Source: an uncultured Prevotella sp.
GTDB lineage: Bacteria > Bacteroidota > Bacteroidia > Bacteroidales > Bacteroidaceae
NCBI GenBank assembly: GCA_944320355.1
Contig: CALUHC010000035.1
Location: 127,471 to 191,470 of the forward strand
Reading direction: 5' to 3'
Length of the DNA: 64,000 nucleotides
Position numbers and translations under genes: made by a program. This document shows, one piece after another, positions 57,958 to 64,000 of the stretch. The notes under the pieces were generated by a model that was not told where the DNA came from, did no database searches, and was given only the letters and a program-made list of their open reading frames with translations. Position 1 is the stretch's first letter; each line of letters begins with the position of its first letter.

Positions 57958-59253
57958 TCAAGCAGCCTCGCCAGCAGGCTCCTCGCCGGCGCTCTTCTCG
58001 TCGGTGCGCCCGGCGCGCTTGGCCGTGCGGCTCACGCTGAGTATGGCCCCTATGTAGGCGCAGTTGATTATGGTCGACGTGCCGCCCTTGCTTATCAGCG
58101 GCAGGGGCTGCCCCGTCACGGGCACGAAGCCCACGGCCACCATCATGTTGAACGTGGCCTGCACCACGAGCATAAGCGCCAGGCCCATGGCCAGGAAAGC
58201 GGGGAAGTTGTTCTCGCAGCGGCTCGCTATGCGCGCCGTGCGGAACAGCAGGACTATGTAAAGGAACACCACGAGGAAGGCTCCGCCCAGCCCCATCTCC
58301 TCGATTATTATGGCAAAGATGAAGTCGGAGAACGCCTGCGAGAGGAAATCGCGCTCCTCCGAGTTGCCCGGACCCTTGCCGATGCCGTTGCTCTTCACTA
58401 TGGCTATGTTGGCGTGGGCCACCTGCGCGTCCTTGTCGAGGTCGTACTCCTCGGGCGGCACCTGCGTGTCGTCAAGGAACTTGTCTATGCGCGACTTCCA
58501 CGTGTCGGCGCGGTGGAACAGCTTTTCTATCGCGCCCTCCTCCTCTTTCGCGCCACCGGCCGCCGCGGCCTCCGCCTCCACGCGGTCGGTCTTGGCCAGC
58601 CTGGGGTCGTCCTTGGCCTCGTCGTGGCCCACGGCCATGACGAACGTGACGGCCGCCACGCCTATCACGGCCACCACGCCGAGCAGCTTCCCTACCTGCA
58701 CCATAGGCACCCGGCCTATTATCATCATAAGCAACACCACCGTGCAGAGCAGCGCGGCCGTGGAGAGATTCTCAAGCATGATTAGGAAAGCCAGCGGTAT
58801 GGCCAGGCAAAGTATGTACTTGAAGGCCTTGCGGTCGGTGCCGCGGTCGCCCTGCATGGCGCTCAGTATCTGCGCCTCGGCCAATATCATGGTGCCCTTG
58901 GCTATCTCCGAGGGCTGGAATGTGAAGAACCCAAACCCCATGACGCGCTGCGCTCCGTTGATGCTCTCGCCAGCCAGCAGCACCCACAGCAGCGTGGTGA
59001 ACGATATGAAGAGCATGAACGGCGTCATGAGCTTGAAGTAGCGGCAGGGTATGTTGACCGTGACGATGGCCACCATCACGCCGAGCACTATGGTGCCCAG
59101 GTGCCACACAATGGGCCTTATGTAGTTGTTGCTCTTGTACGTCAGGTTGCTCGACGCGCTGAACACCTCGACCACGCTTATCATGCAGAGGAAGAAGAGC
59201 ACCATCCAGATGACCTTGTCTCCCTTGAATATGTTGTCTAACTTCTTGTTCAT
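57958..59253 (-). CDS. ftsW: SEDS peptidoglycan polymerase FtsW
   Basis: FQPSEIAK, SDFIFAIIIEEMG and PVTGQPLPLISKGGTS motifs. Confidence 0.96.
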   Translation of the reverse strand: MNKKLDNIFKGDKVIWMVLFFLCMISVVEVFSASSNLTYKSNNYIRPIVWHLGTIVLGVMVAIVTVNIPCRYFKLMTPFMLFISFTTLLWVLLAGESINGAQRVMGFGFFTFQPSEIAKGTMILAEAQILSAMQGDRGTDRKAFKYILCLAIPLAFLIMLENLSTAALLCTVVLLMMIIGRVPMVQVGKLLGVVAVIGVAAVTFVMAVGHDEAKDDPRLAKTDRVEAEAAAAGGAKEEEGAIEKLFHRADTWKSRIDKFLDDTQVPPEEYDLDKDAQVAHANIAIVKSNGIGKGPGNSEERDFLSQAFSDFIFAIIIEEMGLGGAFLVVFLYIVLLFRTARIASRCENNFPAFLAMGLALMLVVQATFNMMVAVGFVPVTGQPLPLISKGGTSTIINCAYIGAILSVSRTAKRAGRTDEKSAGEEPAGEAA

Positions 59254-59278
59254 TGTCTTGTCTGTTGTTGATTTCTAT

Positions 59279-59420
59279 GGGAGGGCTGGGAAAAATGGGA
59301 GCTATTGGAGTACTGCGTGGCGCGCGCAGGCTGCCCTATTGGCGCAGCCGGGCCGTCTATAATGAGCTTCAGTACCCCCCATTGCTCTCAGTACCCCCAG
59401 GGCACCCAGTGCTATCCACC
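59279..59420. repeat. Inverted arms of 9-bp tandem units (GGGAGnnnT) around a hairpin
   Basis: GGGAGGGCT GGGAAAAAT GGGAGCTAT TGGAGTACT; reverse arm GGGTGCCCT GGGGGTACT GAGAGCAAT. Confidence 0.65.
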
Positions 59421-59427
59421 CCCTCTC

Positions 59428-60759
59428 TCACAGCTTCCGCACCAGCTCCTTGAACTGCTCGCCGCGGTCCTCCATGTTCTTGAAGAGGTCGAAGCTGGCG
59501 CAGCAGGGGCTGAGCAGCACCGTCTCGCCCGGCTCGGCCAGCTCGTAGCAGGCCTCCACGCACTCCCTCATGGAGTGGGTGTCGCGCACCGGCAGGCCCA
59601 GCGGGTCGAAGAAGGCGTGCAGCTTCGCGTTGTCCGCGCCGAGATACACCAGCGCCGAGCACTTCTCGCGCACCAGGTCCTTTATCGCGTTGTAGTCGTT
59701 GCCCTTGTCCTTTCCGCCGAGTATGAGCACCACCTTGGTCTTCATGCTCTCCAGGGCATACCAGCAGGCGTCCACGTTGGTGGCCTTCGAGTCGTTGACA
59801 TAGAGCACGCCGCGCACGGTGGTCACCTTTTCGAGGCGGTGCTCCACGCCAGGGAAGTCGCTGAGGCTCTTGCGTATCACCTCCTTCTTTATGCCGCTGA
59901 TGTTCGAGGCTATGCCCGCTGCCAGGCTGTTGTATATGTTGTGCTTGCCCGTAAGGCTGAGAGACTCCTGCTCCATGTTGAAGGGCGTGGGCCATTCTAT
60001 CTTGTACTGCCCCTCCTCTATGTATCCGATGCTGCCGCGCTCCTTCAGTTCGGAGAACGGGCACTGCACAGCCTTGATGTCATACTTGGCGAGTTCGCGC
60101 TTGATGACGGGGTCGTCGTTCCAGTAAATGAACGCGTCGGCCGGCGTCTGGTTGCGTATTATGCGCATCTTCGCGTCGACATAGTTCTGCATGCAGTTGT
60201 TGTAGCGGTCCAGGTGGTCGGGGGTGATGTTGAGCAGTATGGCTATGTTGGCGCGGAAGTCGTACATATTGTCGAGCTGGAACGAGCTTAGCTCTATGAT
60301 GTAGTACTCGTGCGGGTCTTCGGCCACCTGCAGGGCGAGCGACCGCCCGATGTTTCCGGCCAGGCCGGCGTCGTATCCCGCCTCCTTGAATATGTGGTAG
60401 ATGAGCGACGTTGTGGTGGTCTTGCCGTTGCTGCCCGTGATGCATATCATCTTGGAGTGGGTGTAGCGGCCGGCGAACTCTATCTCGCTGATGATGCGTA
60501 TGCCGCGCCCGGCGGCCTTCTTCACCATCGGGGCGTCGGCCGGTATGCCCGGGCTCTTTATGATTTCGTCGGCGTTCAGAATCTTGTCCTCGGTGTGGCG
60601 GCCCTCCTCCCAGGCTATGCCGTGGCTGTCGAGCAGCTGCTTGTAGCGGTCCTTTATGGCCGACATATCGGACACGAAGACATCGAAGCCCTCTTTCTTG
60701 GCCAGCACGGCGGCGCCCGCGCCGCTCTCACCGGCCCCTAATATCACTATTCTTTTCAT
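59428..60759 (-). CDS. murD: UDP-MurNAc-L-Ala--D-glutamate ligase
   Basis: GAGESG, ITGSNGKTTT, ELSSFQL, NDSKATN and SPCCASFD motifs. Confidence 0.98.
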   Translation of the reverse strand: MKRIVILGAGESGAGAAVLAKKEGFDVFVSDMSAIKDRYKQLLDSHGIAWEEGRHTEDKILNADEIIKSPGIPADAPMVKKAAGRGIRIISEIEFAGRYTHSKMICITGSNGKTTTTSLIYHIFKEAGYDAGLAGNIGRSLALQVAEDPHEYYIIELSSFQLDNMYDFRANIAILLNITPDHLDRYNNCMQNYVDAKMRIIRNQTPADAFIYWNDDPVIKRELAKYDIKAVQCPFSELKERGSIGYIEEGQYKIEWPTPFNMEQESLSLTGKHNIYNSLAAGIASNISGIKKEVIRKSLSDFPGVEHRLEKVTTVRGVLYVNDSKATNVDACWYALESMKTKVVLILGGKDKGNDYNAIKDLVREKCSALVYLGADNAKLHAFFDPLGLPVRDTHSMRECVEACYELAEPGETVLLSPCCASFDLFKNMEDRGEQFKELVRKL

Positions 60760-60780
60760 CCTTCTATATCGTTAGTATGA

Positions 60781-61030
60781 GGAGTTGCAGGAGTTCTGGA
60801 GTTTCAGTAGTTCAGACATTAGTCTTTTCTTACCGTATTCTGCCGCCCCTGCGCATTATCTCTATATTGGAGTTGCAGGAGTTCTGGAGTTTCAGTAGTT
60901 CAGACATTAGTCCTTTCTTACCATATTCTGCCTCCCCTGCGCATTATCTCTATATTGGAGTTGCAGGAGTTCTGGAGTTTCAGTAGTTCAGACATTAGTC
61001 TTTTCTTACCGTATTCCGCTCTCACCGCGC
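60781..61030. repeat. 88-bp tandem repeat (about 2.8 copies)
   Basis: GGAGTTGCAGGAGTTCTGGAGTTTCAGTAGTTCAGACATTAG at 60781, 60869 and 60957. Confidence 0.92.
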
Positions 61031-61074
61031 AGCCCTTTTACCTTTTTACTTTTTTACCTTTTTACTTTTAAAGT

Positions 61075-62346
61075 TTATCTTATCTTCAGCGTGATGATGG
61101 TCAGCGCGGCCAGTATGATGGTCACTATCCAGAAGCGTATGGTTATCTTCGACTCGTGGACCACGCTCCTTGGCCCGCGCCACAGGTAGCGGCAGTCGGC
61201 GTCGAGCTGGCTGTCCTCGGTGCGGAACGTGTCGTGTATGGGTGCGCGCTTCATAATGCGCTGCTTCACCCCGCGCCTCTTGCCCATCTTGTAGTACCAC
61301 ACCTGCACCATCACGCTGAGGCTCTCCACGAAGAATATGCCGCAGAGTATGGGCAGCATAAGCTCCTTGTGTATGATGATGGCGCACACGGCGATGATGC
61401 CCCCGATGGTGAGCGAGCCGGTGTCGCCCATGAATATCTGCGCCGGATAGGCGTTATACCACAGGAAACCGATGAGCGCGCCCACGAAGGCGCAGATGAA
61501 CACCACCAGCTCCTGGCTGCCGGGGATGTACATTATGTTGAGGTAGGCGGCGTATTCGATGTGGCTCGACACGTAGGCGAATATGCCCAGGGCCACGCCT
61601 ATGATGGCCGAGTTGCCCGCGCACATGCCGTCCATGCCGTCGTTGAGGTTGGCACCGTTAGACACTGCCGTGACCACGATGATGGTCATCACCACGAAGA
61701 GCACCCAGCCGGCGGCCGTCTTGTACTTGCCGCAGAACGACATCAGCCGCGCGTAGTCCAGGTTGTGCCCCTTCACGAAGGGTATGGTGGTCTTCAGCGA
61801 CTTTGTCTCCTGGCTGCGGTGCTTCACCACCACCTCCTCGGTAGGCTGCTTCTCTATGGCCACGTTCTCGCGCATCACCGCGTCGGGGCTGAAGTACAGC
61901 ACCAGGCCCACTATCAGCCCGAGGCCCACCTGGCCCACTATCTTGAACTTGCCCTGCAGCCCCTCCTTGTTGTGGCGGAATATCTTGATGTAGTCGTCGA
62001 GCCCGCCGAGCAGGCCGAGCCACACGGTGGTGACTATCATCAGTATGAGATAGATGTTGCGCATACGCCCCAGCAGCAGCACGGGCACGAGTATGGCCAC
62101 GATGATTATCACGCCGCCCATGGACGGCACGCCTATCTTCTTCAGCCCGAACGGGTCTATCGACGCGTCGCGCTGCGTCTCGGTGATTTGCTTACGCTTG
62201 AGGTACTTGATGAATTTCTCGCCAAACCACGCCGAAATCACCAGCGACAGCATCAGCGCCATCAGCGAGCGGAACGATATGTACGACCAGACGTGGGCCC
62301 CGGGGATGCCGAACTGGTCGAGGAACCGGAACAGATAGTACAGCAT
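61075..62346 (-). CDS. mraY: Phospho-N-acetylmuramoyl-pentapeptide transferase
   Basis: PSMGG, DDYIK, NLNDGMDG, FMGDTGSL and APIH motifs. Confidence 0.98.
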   Translation of the reverse strand: MLYYLFRFLDQFGIPGAHVWSYISFRSLMALMLSLVISAWFGEKFIKYLKRKQITETQRDASIDPFGLKKIGVPSMGGVIIIVAILVPVLLLGRMRNIYLILMIVTTVWLGLLGGLDDYIKIFRHNKEGLQGKFKIVGQVGLGLIVGLVLYFSPDAVMRENVAIEKQPTEEVVVKHRSQETKSLKTTIPFVKGHNLDYARLMSFCGKYKTAAGWVLFVVMTIIVVTAVSNGANLNDGMDGMCAGNSAIIGVALGIFAYVSSHIEYAAYLNIMYIPGSQELVVFICAFVGALIGFLWYNAYPAQIFMGDTGSLTIGGIIAVCAIIIHKELMLPILCGIFFVESLSVMVQVWYYKMGKRRGVKQRIMKRAPIHDTFRTEDSQLDADCRYLWRGPRSVVHESKITIRFWIVTIILAALTIITLKIR

Positions 62347-62354
62347 ATTCTTTT

Positions 62355-62700
62355 TAATTACGAGTTGTGAGTGTTGAGTTTTGAGTTGTCGCTACGCGAT
62401 TTTGAGTTGCGCAATTATTAATTGCGTGATGGTGTTCCGCTCGCCCCTCGGCACCCCTTGTGGCGGATGGTTTTGCGAAACGTGCCGTTTCGGGCTGCAA
62501 AACGACCCGTTTCATCGTGCGAAACGACCCGTTTCGGAGGCCAAAACGCCCCGTTTCGCAACACGTTGAGCCACAGACAGTTACAAGGGTCGCGCCAAAT
62601 CCCTCTGCGAGAGCGGCGGAAGCAGTGTCCGCCAACTCGCAATTCATCAATTCACAATCGCGAAGCGACAATTCGTAACTCCTCATTCCAAACTCAAAAT
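62355..62700. repeat. Inverted 7-mer arms (GAGTTnT / AATTCnn) enclosing a family A element (62468-62583)
   Basis: GAGTTGTGAGTGTTGAGTTTTGAGTTGTCGCTACGCGA ... TCGCGAAGCGACAATTCGTAACTC; four 22-bp units inside. Confidence 0.75.
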
Positions 62701-64000
62701 TCTCCTTATTTCTTCCCTGTCGTCAAAGTGGTGCTTCACCCCTTTCACCTCCTGGTAGTCCTCGTGGCCCTTGCCTGCCACGAGCACCACGTCGCCCTTG
62801 CGGGCCATCATGCACGCCGCGCGTATGGCCTCGCGGCGGTCTACGATGCTCACCACCTTCTTCATCTGCTGCGCGCTCAGCCCCGCCAGCATATCGTCGA
62901 TGATGGCCTGCGGCTCCTCGAAGCGCGGGTTGTCGCTCGTTATTATCACGCGGTCGCTCTGGCGCACGGCCTCCTGCGCCATGAGCGGGCGCTTGCCCTT
63001 GTCGCGGTTGCCGCCCGCGCCGCACACGGTGATGACGCTGCCCTTGCCGTCGAGCACCTCGTGTATGGCCGCGAGCACGTTGGCCAGCGCGTCGGGCGTG
63101 TGGGCGTAGTCAACGATGGCGGTGAATCCCTCGGGCGAGCGTATGGGTTCGAGGCGGCCGCTCACGCTGTGGAGCGTGCTCATCACCACGAGCACGTCCT
63201 CCGGCTGCTTGCCCAGCATCACCGCCGCTCCGTAGACGGCGAGCAGGTTGCTCACGTTGAACTTGCCGATGAACTGCACCCCGACCTCGCGTCCGTCTAT
63301 CTCAAGGTACATTCCCTCGAAGTGGCACTCTATGATGCGCGCCCTGAAGTCGGCCAGTGTGCGCGTGGAGTAGGTCTTTACCGTGGCCCGCGTGTTCTGC
63401 ACCATCACCATTCCGTTCTTGTCGTCAGCGTTGGTTATGGCGAAAGAGCCCTTGGGCAGGCCGTCGAAGAAGGCCTTCTTGGCGTCGCGGTAGTTCTCGA
63501 ACGTCTTGTGATAGTCCAGGTGGTCGCGCGTCAGGTTGGTGAATATGCCGCCCGCGAAGGCCAGCCCGCCTATGCGCTTCTGCGCTATGGCGTGGCTGGA
63601 GCACTCCATGAAGGCATACTCGCAGCCCTCGCTCACCATCCGCGCGAGCAGCCTGTTCAGCTCTATAGGGTCGGGCGTGGTGTGGTCGGCAGGCAGCTTC
63701 TCGTCGTTGATGTAGTTGCACACCGTCGATAGCAGGCCGCACTTGTGGCCCATCTTGCGGAACATATTATATAATAAGGTGGCGATGGTGGTCTTGCCGT
63801 TGGTGCCCGTCACTCCGACGAGCTTCAGCCGGCGCGACGGGTCGCCGTAGAAGAGCGTGGCCACGGGGCCTGCGGCATCCTCGGCCGAGGGCACCACGAC
63901 ATACGTCACGCCCTCCTCCAGCCCGGCAGGCAGCTCCTCGCAGAGCACGGCCGCCGCCCCGGCCTCTATGGCCTTGGGTATGAAGGCGTGGCCGTCGGCC
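62683..64000 (-). CDS. murE: UDP-MurNAc-tripeptide synthetase (meso-DAP type), 5' end outside window
   Basis: [30 protein letters not shown] and AGKGHE motifs. Confidence 0.97.
   Translation of the reverse strand, partial: ADGHAFIPKAIEAGAAAVLCEELPAGLEEGVTYVVVPSAEDAAGPVATLFYGDPSRRLKLVGVTGTNGKTTIATLLYNMFRKMGHKCGLLSTVCNYINDEKLPADHTTPDPIELNRLLARMVSEGCEYAFMECSSHAIAQKRIGGLAFAGGIFTNLTRDHLDYHKTFENYRDAKKAFFDGLPKGSFAITNADDKNGMVMVQNTRATVKTYSTRTLADFRARIIECHFEGMYLEIDGREVGVQFIGKFNVSNLLAVYGAAVMLGKQPEDVLVVMSTLHSVSGRLEPIRSPEGFTAIVDYAHTPDALANVLAAIHEVLDGKGSVITVCGAGGNRDKGKRPLMAQEAVRQSDRVIITSDNPRFEEPQAIIDDMLAGLSAQQMKKVVSIVDRREAIRAACMMARKGDVVLVAGKGHEDYQEVKGVKHHFDDREEIRRILSLE

Noticed and set aside
60781-61030. 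Possible CRISPR array (also 48204-48303 and the 22-bp arrays)
   Set aside because: The would-be spacers are near-identical or only 6-7 nt long, and there are no cas genes in the window.
62346-62683. murF (and ddl) missing from the dcw cluster
   Set aside because: This order is the usual Bacteroidales arrangement; these genes are commonly located elsewhere.

Overview
GC-rich Bacteroidales (Prevotella-like) chromosomal window. From left to right: porV (5'-truncated) and ispF; an orphan promoter-terminator unit (candidate sRNA); an accessory module made of a membrane TPR/LuxR-type regulator, a small DUF3244-like secreted protein and a low-GC lipoprotein interrupted by one TAA; two tandem XRE paralogs; GH43, GH97, an OMP beta-barrel and a DNA2/NAM7 helicase; a lower-GC glycosyltransferase cluster; a pectin/hemicellulose CAZyme cluster with an HTCS but no SusC/D in view; a frameshifted RibD-like gene, a DUF6492-like gene, a lipid A acyltransferase and an Rpn nuclease; a flavodoxin/ADH/AraC block; tRNA-Pro(GGG); yqeY and the dcw cluster (ftsZ to murE). 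The most striking unexplained structure is non-coding. Almost every spacer carries mosaics of several dispersed repeat families: (A) an element of about 180 bp with an IHF-like palindrome followed by AAACG-N3-CGTTT palindromes at 22-bp period (11 copies); (B) units with conserved flanks and a variable core of about 20 nt (about 13 copies); (C) REP-like hairpin pairs; and (D) inverted arms of 7-10-bp tandem repeats, two of which sit in frame inside proteins. No transposase or integrase for these elements is visible in the window. All family calls come from reading motifs by eye; no database search was run.
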